This document shows, in pieces, positions 9,364 to 18,431 of a stretch of 64,000 bases of DNA. Each line of letters opens with the position of its first letter. The stretch's first letter is position 1. The notes under the pieces were generated by a model. That model made no database searches, had not been told where the DNA came from, and saw nothing but the letters and a program-made list of their open reading frames with translations. The translations under genes were made by a program, and so were the position numbers. The stretch lies in the sequence record OV032902.1. One strand, 5' to 3'.

Positions 9364-9762
9364 ATGGAACCAGCACTTTTTCCTTTGTCCGACAAGGGAG
9401 TAATTACTGACCCACAGACCAAACTAGCTAAGCTTTTCATGTATGCATTTACTGCTACAGCCCAACAGGGTAAAGGCTTGGGAGCTGTTTGTTCTATTCA
9501 GTATATCAGTGGTCAATATGGTAACCGCCCACGTGAACTTCTTCTTCAGTTAGAAAGTCAATTGACTGAATACTTCCAACGCTACTTCCCTGAAGGTGCT
9601 ACGGTAACTACTGAAGAAAAGAATCAGGGCGAAGATACTCGCTATACTGTGAGCTTAGGTATTGCAGTTATCCATAGCGGAGTTACTTACCAGTTGACTG
9701 AAGTTCTTTCCCTTGACCCGGATATGACTTTGAAACGCATCCAAGATGCACTGGAAGGTTAA
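9364..9762 (+). CDS. conserved hypothetical protein (phiKZ gp61/62 position)
   Basis: 132 aa, AGGAG RBS; assigned by position. Confidence 0.7.
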   Translation: MEPALFPLSDKGVITDPQTKLAKLFMYAFTATAQQGKGLGAVCSIQYISGQYGNRPRELLLQLESQLTEYFQRYFPEGATVTTEEKNQGEDTRYTVSLGIAVIHSGVTYQLTEVLSLDPDMTLKRIQDALEG

Positions 9763-9763
9763 C

Positions 9764-10249
9764 GTGGATAAAACATCGGATGATTTTGGATACGAACTAC
9801 CCAAGATCAATGAAACCAATTTTCGCAAAAACTATCTTCCACTATTGTTAAACAATGATAGTCCCGAGGGACGTTCTCGTTGGATTAATGAAGTGGCCAT
9901 TGTACCTAGTGTGAGAGTTAACGTTGTGGATGATCATGACCACGACAAGATTCTTTTCTGGGTGCCACCTGTCGTATATACTCCAAGTACACTGGAAGGT
10001 ACGAACATGGGTCAGTTGATTGAGAACGCCGTGGTTAAAGCGGTTACTCGTCACAACACTAAAATCCTCAATGATCAAATCAACGAGTTTGAAAGTGTAA
10101 TGGACCCAGCGACTCCGCCGCAAGAAGACATAGACCAGTGGGAATTTATCCTGAAGCACTTTGGTCTATTGGAAGGTTCAACAGATCAAAAGGTTAACAA
10201 AGATGACTCCAACGATACAACAGTTGACTATGAAGAAGACGAGTGGTGA
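9764..10249 (+). CDS. conserved hypothetical protein (phiKZ gp63/64 position)
   Basis: In frame with ORF 9746. GTG 9764 follows the upstream stop and has GGAAGG upstream; acidic C-terminus ending DEW. Confidence 0.7.
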   Translation: MDKTSDDFGYELPKINETNFRKNYLPLLLNNDSPEGRSRWINEVAIVPSVRVNVVDDHDHDKILFWVPPVVYTPSTLEGTNMGQLIENAVVKAVTRHNTKILNDQINEFESVMDPATPPQEDIDQWEFILKHFGLLEGSTDQKVNKDDSNDTTVDYEEDEW

Positions 10250-11366
10250 TATTGCCTTCTCTAGTATTTCTGATGTACACTTGTGGCATCCTCGTGTACC
10301 GACTGCAAGAATTCTTGGTACGCTAAACCGTTTCTATCCTGATGCGGACATCACCGGTGAATTGGATTACATCCTTATTGCCGGTGATTTATTTGATCGT
10401 TTAAGAACATTGGCCGATAACGAAGTATATGAAGCATGGGACTTCTTTACTTATTGGCTAGCAATGCTTAAGCGTCGTGGAGTACGCCTTCGTATACTTG
10501 AGGGTACACCGTCACATGACCGTAGGCAAACAAACCTTGTCACTCGTGTAAACAATGCATTGGGTGAGAACGGTTGTGACCTTCGTTATGTTGATACACT
10601 CAAGATCGATTACGAAGAAGAATTCGATTTCAATATCCTATACCTGCCTGACGAATGGCGCGCTACTTGTGATGATACCTGGGACGAGGTAACTGAGCTT
10701 CTACATAGCAAAGGTTTGGATAAAGTCGATATCTGTATCATGCATGGCATGTTCGAACATCAGGTTCCTCCTGGTGTACATATCGACACTCATAAGTTGT
10801 CTCGTTATGAATCAATCACTAACTGGTTTATTACGATTGGACATGTTCACTCATCTTCAATTAAGGGTAAAGCTTATGCTCAAGGTTCGCCTGACAGGCT
10901 CAGCCACAATGAAGAAGAAGCTAAAGGTATTTTTAAGTATCTTGTTCATGACCGTGGTAGAGACAATAAGTTTACTGCAAAGTTTATTACTAATGATAGT
11001 GCTACTCCATTTATTACGCTAGACCTAGTCAGCCTTGAGATGGAACCGGCAATGCAAGTCATTAAGCAGTGCATAGAAGACATAGACTACGGTAACGTAA
11101 GATTGCTTGTGGACCAAAAGAAGTTTAGTGATGGTATATTAGACCAGGCACAAACTCTCGCAGGTAATCGCGTTATCAATTGGTCTAAGAAGGTTGAGAG
11201 CAAGAAGATCAAAGATTCAGAGAAAAAGAAAATCTCTACAATCAAAGAGCTTCCTAAAATCAATCCTAACACGATAGGCGATTTATGTGCATCCTTTGCA
11301 GCCGATGCCGGTTATGCTCCAGGTGCAATTAGAAACGCAATCGATGTCCTAGAGGAATTCAAATGA
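10230..11366 (+). CDS. SbcD/Mre11-like metallophosphoesterase nuclease (phiKZ gp65-like)
   Basis: Motifs SDVH, GDLFD, GTPSHD, MHG, GHVH and GSP in calcineurin-like order. Start uncertain; ATG 10230 chosen. Confidence 0.88.
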   Translation: MKKTSGDIAFSSISDVHLWHPRVPTARILGTLNRFYPDADITGELDYILIAGDLFDRLRTLADNEVYEAWDFFTYWLAMLKRRGVRLRILEGTPSHDRRQTNLVTRVNNALGENGCDLRYVDTLKIDYEEEFDFNILYLPDEWRATCDDTWDEVTELLHSKGLDKVDICIMHGMFEHQVPPGVHIDTHKLSRYESITNWFITIGHVHSSSIKGKAYAQGSPDRLSHNEEEAKGIFKYLVHDRGRDNKFTAKFITNDSATPFITLDLVSLEMEPAMQVIKQCIEDIDYGNVRLLVDQKKFSDGILDQAQTLAGNRVINWSKKVESKKIKDSEKKKISTIKELPKINPNTIGDLCASFAADAGYAPGAIRNAIDVLEEFK

Positions 11367-12157
11367 TCGCACAAAGAACCTTAGGCGAGAAGATAGCAAT
11401 ATCTGTCGCTACGGCTCAGATCTTTGAGATTACTCTGAATGAAGAGTTGCGCAATAAACCAGACGGTGTGATGTTTAACGTTCGCACCCTCTGGCGTAAC
11501 TTCTGGGAATCGTGGACTGAAGACGATCGCCCAAACGTTAGACTGATATTCGATGACTTCTTTGAAGAGCTAGATATGATAGCTGGACAGATGAGGACAC
11601 TCGGTATACCAGCCGCATTCTTCTGGCCAGAGTATCGTGCACTTAACTCTAAGTTACCAGGTGCAGTTCTCAAAGAGAATACAACTTCTCGTGCCATCAT
11701 CTATGAAGCAGCAGAAAAGTTCATAGGTGTCATGGTCAAACAAAACAAGTATGCTAACATCATCGATACCCTTATACCTAAGGCTAACGGCAACGCATGG
11801 CTCGTGAGTCATCTTCCGATCGATTTGTTGAGCAGATATCAGTTTACAAGCTTAACTCTCTTAGAGAGCCATACAGGCGTTCTCCTGAAACCTGTAGCTT
11901 GGAATAAAAAGATCTTCTCGAATGAGAAGTATCGTCGCATGCCTTTCAATCACTTTACGTTATCTATATTTGGTGATCGCTCAAAGATGTTCAAAGGACA
12001 TCCCATCAAACTACGTAAGGTGTTGTTCGAGCTAGCTACAGAGAATCGTTGGACTCCTATGACGACTCTGGAAAAAATACGTTTCGATGTCAACAAAATT
12101 GAAGACAAGGAAATGAAAGCGGTATTGATCAAAGCCATGACTAGCGCGTTAAAATAA
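11363..12157 (+). CDS. conserved chimallivirus protein (phiKZ gp66-like)
   Basis: 264 aa, ATGA overlap with the nuclease gene; assigned by position. Confidence 0.7.
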   Translation: MIAQRTLGEKIAISVATAQIFEITLNEELRNKPDGVMFNVRTLWRNFWESWTEDDRPNVRLIFDDFFEELDMIAGQMRTLGIPAAFFWPEYRALNSKLPGAVLKENTTSRAIIYEAAEKFIGVMVKQNKYANIIDTLIPKANGNAWLVSHLPIDLLSRYQFTSLTLLESHTGVLLKPVAWNKKIFSNEKYRRMPFNHFTLSIFGDRSKMFKGHPIKLRKVLFELATENRWTPMTTLEKIRFDVNKIEDKEMKAVLIKAMTSALK

Positions 12158-12210
12158 CTTGACACGTCAATCAGATAGAGCTTTGATTATTTTTCTAACG
12201 GAGACACCCC

Positions 12211-12897
12211 ATGAGTAATGGCCCTTCTTACGGTGCTACGGCACTGAACCAATTTTCTTTTAAGCTGCGCGGTGAACGCTGGAACGAAACAGACTGGAAA
12301 ACTCCAGAGTTCCAAATGGACATGCAGCAGAACAATCCGCGTTTCGTAGTTTTCTGTAACAACCCAACAGAAATTGAAAAGACGCGCAAAACTCGTTACG
12401 GCGAGAAAGCACTATCTTCTTTCCCGATTACATGTCGCATGAAGTGGAAAGATCTATGGAAGTTCTTCTTCTTGTTCAAGAACGCCATTGAAAACAGTGT
12501 GCCTGTCAAATACACGATGGATTTCAAAGGTCCTAAGTTTGACGACAAAGGCGAAAAGGTAAAAGGTGAGTTCGTAGTAACGGCTCGTCTGACATTCGGT
12601 CAAAACGCAGATGGTATGATCTTCATGCAGTTTGCTGAACAAGGCCGTGAGAAACCAATGTTCATCTTTAAAGAGAACTTCTGGGTTCCAATCAAACAAG
12701 ACGATCAAGAGATGAATGCTTCGGAAGCATCCAAGCTTGACGCATACGGTTTCCTTAAATCTATCGAAGAAGTAGTGGGCGCAATCGCAGTTCGTTACTA
12801 CATCCCTGAAGCGGGACGTGAGATGAAAGAAGAGAAGAAGGACAAACCAAAAGATCAGCAAGTCGCAGACATCGACGTTGTTGATGAAGGCTGGTAA
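12211..12897 (+). CDS. ChmC-like nucleus-associated nucleic-acid-binding protein (phiKZ gp67 position)
   Basis: 228 aa, aromatic and Lys-rich beta-type sequence with an acidic tail (DIDVVDEGW), directly upstream of the gp68-like gene where ChmC lies in PhiPA3. Synteny-based. Confidence 0.6.
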   Translation: MSNGPSYGATALNQFSFKLRGERWNETDWKTPEFQMDMQQNNPRFVVFCNNPTEIEKTRKTRYGEKALSSFPITCRMKWKDLWKFFFLFKNAIENSVPVKYTMDFKGPKFDDKGEKVKGEFVVTARLTFGQNADGMIFMQFAEQGREKPMFIFKENFWVPIKQDDQEMNASEASKLDAYGFLKSIEEVVGAIAVRYYIPEAGREMKEEKKDKPKDQQVADIDVVDEGW

Positions 12898-12903
12898 TAT
12901 AAA

Positions 12904-12950
12904 CCCTCGTCCCTTATGGGACGGGGGCTCCCTTGTTCTTTTTTGTTTTT
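12904..12950 (+). terminator. intrinsic terminator
   Basis: CCCTCGTCCC-ttat-GGGACGGGG followed by T-rich sequence. Confidence 0.65.
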
Positions 12951-13027
12951 CATCATTATTAATTTGACTGACTTATAGTATGTATAATGGTGGAATCCAA
13001 TTTGAAGAATCGACAGTTTTAGTAATC

Positions 13028-13057
13028 TTTGAAGTAATCTTCACTTCTATATTACTA
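13028..13057 (+). promoter_or_regulatory. candidate early promoter
   Basis: TTTGAA-N8-CACTTCTATATTACTA, same spacing as the chimallin promoters. Confidence 0.75.
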
Positions 13058-13092
13058 AAGTGGGAACCCACTCTCTTTCCTAAGGAGACACA

Positions 13093-14562
13093 ATGAAAAT
13101 TGAACTAGTTCAGAATGATCGAGTTATCCAAGTCGTCCACGGCTCTGATTCGATTGCATTCCGATATTCAGTATGGACGGTACTGAATCAAAAGAATACC
13201 ACAGATGATATCTTTGGTCCTACCAATGAGTTTTTGGCAACATTGTCTGAAGACGTTCAGAAGCGCATGTTTGACCAATACAAAATGGCGGACGATGTTT
13301 TCTGTGACGGTGGTCCAATCCTTACTATCCGTGATCAGCTCTCGGTTATCACACGTACTATCATCAGCTTCATCAACTATGATGACCTGTACAAGTTCTG
13401 TGTAGATAAAGGTAAGTTCTATCAAGATCCACCAAACCCACCGATGCAAGGTAAGAACCCTCCTGAGATGACATACAGTCTTCAAGAGATGTTCGACCTG
13501 CGAGTACTTTGTGTAGGTGTAAAACTCTTGACTCCAATCCTAGGCACTTTGGTATCTATTACTAAAGAGGAAATCAAGACATCGCAGAAAGAACGCGTAG
13601 CCGCAGAGATTGTAACCTGTACAGGAATTTCTGACTGGGCACCATACCAACGTTTCAATACATATATCGGTGTATACTCACATCGTCGCATGAGTGCAAT
13701 TCCAATGGCATTGCGTTTTGGTGCGGCACGTGCAGACTTAGACCGTTATCTGTTAGGCATGTCAATTGTACGTCGATTCGCAATTGCACGTCTAAGACAC
13801 GATGGTGATGGTAGCATCTTGGCATACGTGTACACGTTCCTTGAGGATAAGATTAAACAACTATCCAAAGACAACTGGAACGATAAGTTCGCCGGACGTG
13901 GTTCATCTAATGACCAAGAAGGCGTCAGCTATGCGGACAATCACCGTATATCTGAAAAGGTTACTAGTGACTATCTAGTCCAAGCAGCTGAGTACATTAA
14001 AGACACAGCTATCTGGTGGGAGCACCTTCATCTCCCAGCTGAGGTTCGCGCTAAAGCTCAAGCGAATTTCAACACTATATCACTAGAACGTAAGGAGCAA
14101 TTTCAGATCTTCCCAGAGATACATAACTTCTTATGTTCGTTCCTGGTTATCAAAACTTTTGATCCAAGAACTCTGGAAGACCTGCGTGATAAAGATGCCT
14201 TGACTATTGTAGTGGCAACATGTGCAGCAATCTATGAAAGTATCGGTCATACTGATCTTTCTGATCTACTGCTAAGTCGTCGTAAAGAACGTGACCCTGG
14301 TGTTATGGTCGTTACTACAAACAATCAAGTAATCAAACGTTTGAGTCATGCCCTGGAAGCAGAATTATCTCGCTGCTATCCGAAGATTCAACAATCACAC
14401 ATTAACAACAAGACCAATCCTGGTAAGGTAGCTATTGAAGCTATGGTTACAGTTGTTAATACCTACGAGTGGCTGGACGCTCCTGACCTAACTGGTATCC
14501 GTCATTCAATCGCATCATTCATTGCCTCAATCGTACCTGAGACAATGAAAACCCCTAAGTAA
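13093..14562 (+). CDS. non-virion RNA polymerase promoter-specificity (sigma-like) subunit (phiKZ gp68-like)
   Basis: 489 aa, AAGGAG RBS, first gene of the gp68-gp75 block. Position and size only. Confidence 0.7.
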   Translation: MKIELVQNDRVIQVVHGSDSIAFRYSVWTVLNQKNTTDDIFGPTNEFLATLSEDVQKRMFDQYKMADDVFCDGGPILTIRDQLSVITRTIISFINYDDLYKFCVDKGKFYQDPPNPPMQGKNPPEMTYSLQEMFDLRVLCVGVKLLTPILGTLVSITKEEIKTSQKERVAAEIVTCTGISDWAPYQRFNTYIGVYSHRRMSAIPMALRFGAARADLDRYLLGMSIVRRFAIARLRHDGDGSILAYVYTFLEDKIKQLSKDNWNDKFAGRGSSNDQEGVSYADNHRISEKVTSDYLVQAAEYIKDTAIWWEHLHLPAEVRAKAQANFNTISLERKEQFQIFPEIHNFLCSFLVIKTFDPRTLEDLRDKDALTIVVATCAAIYESIGHTDLSDLLLSRRKERDPGVMVVTTNNQVIKRLSHALEAELSRCYPKIQQSHINNKTNPGKVAIEAMVTVVNTYEWLDAPDLTGIRHSIASFIASIVPETMKTPK

Positions 14563-14584
14563 GCTAAAGTAAGGAAGTAGTATA

Positions 14585-16060
14585 ATGTACCAACATAACA
14601 TTCTTGGCCAAGAGAACCCAGGTGTAGAAATCCGTCTAGTAGGCGCAATGTTCTTCGAGGTTCCACAAACACAGCCTGTGCATTATCGTCCAATTGGCGT
14701 ACACGTAACCCCACAAGGTCTACATGCACTGCAAACAGTAACCGAAGGTGGTTCTGTTCTAAACGAAGCAGCTCTTCGTGATGTAGCTCGTCAGCTTATC
14801 TCTCCGTCTGATACTTCTCGTGGCATCATCGGCATTCAAGGTGGCTGGAATAGTTCACGTTGTTCTGTGTTCCTGAACTTTGAAATCAAGTCAGCAAACA
14901 TGGTAATCAACGAAGTACTATCTGCATACACAACGACACCTGCTATCACTGCGACTTCTATTGACCCTAGCATCGTAATCATTCCAAACTCGGTGGTTCG
15001 AATTGGTCAAAGCTATTCGCATGGTGCACATGGTAACCGTGCTTCGTTTAACGTATCTCAAAACTCACACGTATTGACGCCTATCTCTATCCAGACTCAC
15101 ACTGGTACAGTAAACGGCGAACACTCTCTACGTCCTGCCGATGCACTAACTGGTTGGGGCAACGTAGTATCTAACCTTAACCCTAATGGTTATGATCCAC
15201 GTTGTGCACTTAACCAAGCTAACGGCGTAGCTGCTGACCGTATTGTAAACGCAATGCCATCTAAGTATCTATCTAAGACACTTAATGCATGGGCAACAGC
15301 ACAGCAGTCTTCTGAGAAGCAATTGATGTCGAACGATTCTTTCGTAATCGGTACGGCGGCATCTTCTGCTCGTGAGCAAGACTTTAAAGCAAGCCAGCTA
15401 TTCAACCTGATTGAAAACCGCACAAGCTTCTCGCAATCTGGTGCATTCACTTGGGCTGAAATCTGTGGCGCGGTATTGGAAGTAAATGCACAAGGTGTAC
15501 GTACAGCTCCACTACAGCCAGGTGCTCCATCAGCTGCTAACATGCAGAACTGGGGTGCAAACTCTGAAGCTGTTAAAGTTGGCCATGCACTAACTCAAGC
15601 AGTTCCATCTGTAGTGTCGCAAGGTCTTGGTGTTCAATACAACTTCAAGGCTTACCGTGATCCAATTCAAGGTCACGTACTTGTACCTGCACACTTCCAA
15701 GCAATGTTCCCTGAACAGCAAAACGATGTGGCATTCATGAACTCGATTGGCGCAGCAATCCAGAACGTAGTACTCCCAGAAGTTATTACGCCTGAGATTG
15801 GTGAGTATGTAATCGACTGTCAGTACACCGTTGGTGGTGACATGTACATGAACATCAGTATTAATGGACAGCCAGCTGAGCCATTGATCATGCCATGTTA
15901 CTGTGACTCTCTATCGTCTATGGCGATTGTAGGTTCACGCGAAGAAGTTAACCAAGCCGGTGTTGCTATTGGTCAGCTTATCGAAAATACATTCGTCGGT
16001 CCAGATAATGGAATGGCGCAACAAGCTCCTGGCGCCGCTGGTGGCCAGCTTTACGTTTAA
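14585..16060 (+). CDS. PicA/Imp1-like phage nuclear import factor (phiKZ gp69-like)
   Basis: 491 aa directly after the gp68-like gene. C-terminal segment GGDMYMNISINGQPAE..IMPCYCDSL recalled from gp69-type proteins. Confidence 0.65.
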   Translation: MYQHNILGQENPGVEIRLVGAMFFEVPQTQPVHYRPIGVHVTPQGLHALQTVTEGGSVLNEAALRDVARQLISPSDTSRGIIGIQGGWNSSRCSVFLNFEIKSANMVINEVLSAYTTTPAITATSIDPSIVIIPNSVVRIGQSYSHGAHGNRASFNVSQNSHVLTPISIQTHTGTVNGEHSLRPADALTGWGNVVSNLNPNGYDPRCALNQANGVAADRIVNAMPSKYLSKTLNAWATAQQSSEKQLMSNDSFVIGTAASSAREQDFKASQLFNLIENRTSFSQSGAFTWAEICGAVLEVNAQGVRTAPLQPGAPSAANMQNWGANSEAVKVGHALTQAVPSVVSQGLGVQYNFKAYRDPIQGHVLVPAHFQAMFPEQQNDVAFMNSIGAAIQNVVLPEVITPEIGEYVIDCQYTVGGDMYMNISINGQPAEPLIMPCYCDSLSSMAIVGSREEVNQAGVAIGQLIENTFVGPDNGMAQQAPGAAGGQLYV

Positions 16061-16072
16061 CCTTTTGGGAAG

Positions 16073-16093
16073 TGGGTGAGCAATCACCCATTT
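16073..16093 (+). terminator. hairpin / possible terminator
   Basis: TGGGTGA-gcaa-TCACCCA then TTT. Confidence 0.5.
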
Positions 16094-16100
16094 AAAGACT

Positions 16101-17984
16101 ATGTCTCTACTTAAGAAATATGAAAAGATTCTGGCTTCAATGGATAACTACGTTGGCCCGAATGATGTAATTCAATCTCGTCGTGATAAGACTGAGAATG
16201 TAGTTGTTGCGTTCCGTTCACCTGGTACTGATACAACTAAGAAGTTTCCGTTAATGATGCCTACGGATGCTGTGGTTAAGAAAGGCGAAGACTTTGAGTC
16301 TATCGTGTTTAATCCACTGAGCGAAACGTACCTAAAGACAGAAATGTCTGAAGTACAAAAGGCATTGGTATTCCAAGCATCTGCTGCTACAATGCTGCGT
16401 GTGACTCAAGTAATCATGGGTCTAGCGTATCTGGTTGTTGACACGTCTAAGCATGAAGATCTTCCAGCTGAACTATTCGATCTTGTTCGTGGTATTACTC
16501 CACCTAAAGATCAGAAAGCCGGCGAAAAGATGATCAAGTACATGACAGCAGTAATGAACAAACACTCTGGTATCAAAGGTACTAAGGCGTTATGTCGTTA
16601 CCGTCAACAAGCAAATGTTCGTGATGGCGATAAGCTTTACATCCGCACAACTTCATTGATCTTCCCGTTCCTGGATAAGATCATGCGTGAAGACAAACCT
16701 GCTGGTGTAAATCCACCGAACAAAAACAGCGTAGCAATGGTTAAGACAATTGCTGAGCGCGTGCTAACAGATCTTGACATCGTGTCACTATGGGAAGGCC
16801 GTGAGTCTCCGTACTTCATGTCTCTACTAGAGTGTCACTCTGAAGTGATCAAACGCCTAAACAAACTAGCTAAGCTTCTATCGCTTGACCTTGGTTCTGA
16901 CTTTAAAGCATCATGGTGGAACAGCAAATCTGAAGCAGAGCTAGTAGAACTACGCCAAGAAATCCCAGTTCGTTTTGCTGGTAACGAAGGTAGTTCAGTT
17001 TCAGATGAGAAAGCCGGTGCACCTGCTCCGACTAAATCACCTGTAGCGAATGCAGTACAGCAGGCAACAACTCCTGCTCCAGTAGTAATCGAAGAAGCTA
17101 AACCAGCTCCTACTCCTACTGAACCTCAACAAGAATCTAAACCTAAAGCATCGGGCCCAGTGCGCCTCGGAGATCTAAACAAAATGGCTATTTCAAACCG
17201 CTCAACTTCTTCACTAGTACCACAAGCAGCACCGGCAGCAGAATACGTTTCTTCATTCGCGGGAAAGTCTAATGCTGCACCAGCAGCAGCGACCACTGCG
17301 GCTGCGGCACCTGCTTCTAACGGTCTAGTAGTTGAACAACCAGCAGCAGCTGCTCCTGGTAACGGTCTTGTAGTGGAAGAGCAACAAGTGCATTTCCATG
17401 ATGCAAACAACCGTCCTCTATATCTAAAGAACGGTCAACCGTATCTAGTTCCAGCTTCGGCTATTAACCCTGCACAAAAATATCTGCAAGCAACTGAAGC
17501 CAATGGCGCGCTTAAGTTTAATGCAGAAGGTGTACCAGTACTACGTGCAGCACAATTGGCACCTGGTCAAGGCGCTCCTGGTATGGTTCCTAACCAGCCT
17601 GCATCTACGTTCTACAATGGCGTAGCTCAGACTGCACAGGTAAATCCAGCTAACCCTAACTCGTTCTACGCAGCAGCTAATACAGCACAGAATCAATTCG
17701 GTGCATCAGCAGCAGTAGGTCAGCCAGGCGTAGTTGGTCAACCAGTAGCTCCACAAGCAATCATGTTGCTAAACCAAATGGGCCAACAGGTTCAAGCACA
17801 GTTTGATGCGGCAGGTAATGCATTGGGTCACTACTGGACTTCACAAGGTCAGCAAGTAACTCACTACAACCAGATTGCTCATCTACTTGCAAGTCAAGCA
17901 GCTAACAGTGTTCCTCCTGTAGGTTCATTTACTCCTGGCGTTGCAACTGGTGTTCAACCATCAGGTATTGGTAAACACTTCTAA
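16101..17984 (+). CDS. conserved chimallivirus protein (phiKZ gp70-like) with long low-complexity C-terminus
   Basis: 627 aa. About 300 aa globular N-terminus, then an A/P/Q/N/G-rich tail. Confidence 0.7.
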   Translation: MSLLKKYEKILASMDNYVGPNDVIQSRRDKTENVVVAFRSPGTDTTKKFPLMMPTDAVVKKGEDFESIVFNPLSETYLKTEMSEVQKALVFQASAATMLRVTQVIMGLAYLVVDTSKHEDLPAELFDLVRGITPPKDQKAGEKMIKYMTAVMNKHSGIKGTKALCRYRQQANVRDGDKLYIRTTSLIFPFLDKIMREDKPAGVNPPNKNSVAMVKTIAERVLTDLDIVSLWEGRESPYFMSLLECHSEVIKRLNKLAKLLSLDLGSDFKASWWNSKSEAELVELRQEIPVRFAGNEGSSVSDEKAGAPAPTKSPVANAVQQATTPAPVVIEEAKPAPTPTEPQQESKPKASGPVRLGDLNKMAISNRSTSSLVPQAAPAAEYVSSFAGKSNAAPAAATTAAAAPASNGLVVEQPAAAAPGNGLVVEEQQVHFHDANNRPLYLKNGQPYLVPASAINPAQKYLQATEANGALKFNAEGVPVLRAAQLAPGQGAPGMVPNQPASTFYNGVAQTAQVNPANPNSFYAAANTAQNQFGASAAVGQPGVVGQPVAPQAIMLLNQMGQQVQAQFDAAGNALGHYWTSQGQQVTHYNQIAHLLASQAANSVPPVGSFTPGVATGVQPSGIGKHF

Positions 17985-17990
17985 TAAGAA

Positions 17991-18018
17991 GCCCTCGTGC
18001 CCTTTCGGACACGGGGGC
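17991..18018. terminator. terminator between convergent genes
   Basis: GC-rich imperfect stem GCCCTCGTGCC...GGACACGGGGGC. Confidence 0.55.
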
Positions 18019-18031
18019 ATCTATTAGCAAC

Positions 18032-18373
18032 TTATTTTCTTTTATGCTTTTCAAGCATTAGGTCAACAGAACTTATGTCAGGAATGATTAAGCTTTTGTT
18101 ACCAAGGTCCTCGGTGAAGCTTGTACCATCTCTCAAGTCATTAATAACAATGACCGGGACCCAAAGTTTTGATGGAATACCCTTGTATCGCAGGTAAGCG
18201 AACAAGTCAGTACGGAATCGAAAAGTATCCCCAGGCTCAACCAATAAGACAGTATTGGACTTCAATCCCTTTAAGTAGGTTTTGTGGTCTTCAATCAGAT
18301 CAACATATTGCCTGTCGAAATACATCTTCTCCGTATTAGTGAACATTAGATTGTTCTGGATAATACTCATCAT
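18032..18373 (-). CDS. small hypothetical protein
   Basis: 113 aa ORF filling the gap between the gp70-like and beta genes on the opposite strand; weak RBS. Confidence 0.65.
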   Translation of the reverse strand: MMSIIQNNLMFTNTEKMYFDRQYVDLIEDHKTYLKGLKSNTVLLVEPGDTFRFRTDLFAYLRYKGIPSKLWVPVIVINDLRDGTSFTEDLGNKSLIIPDISSVDLMLEKHKRK

Positions 18374-18380
18374 AATAATA

Positions 18381-18393
18381 TCTCTATATAACT
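18381..18393 (+). promoter_or_regulatory. candidate early promoter core
   Basis: TCTCTATATAACT upstream of the nvRNAP beta C-terminal gene; lacks the TTTGAA element. Confidence 0.55.
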
Positions 18394-18431
18394 GAATCGA
18401 ATCATAGGATTCGTGTCAAAGGAGAAGTACC

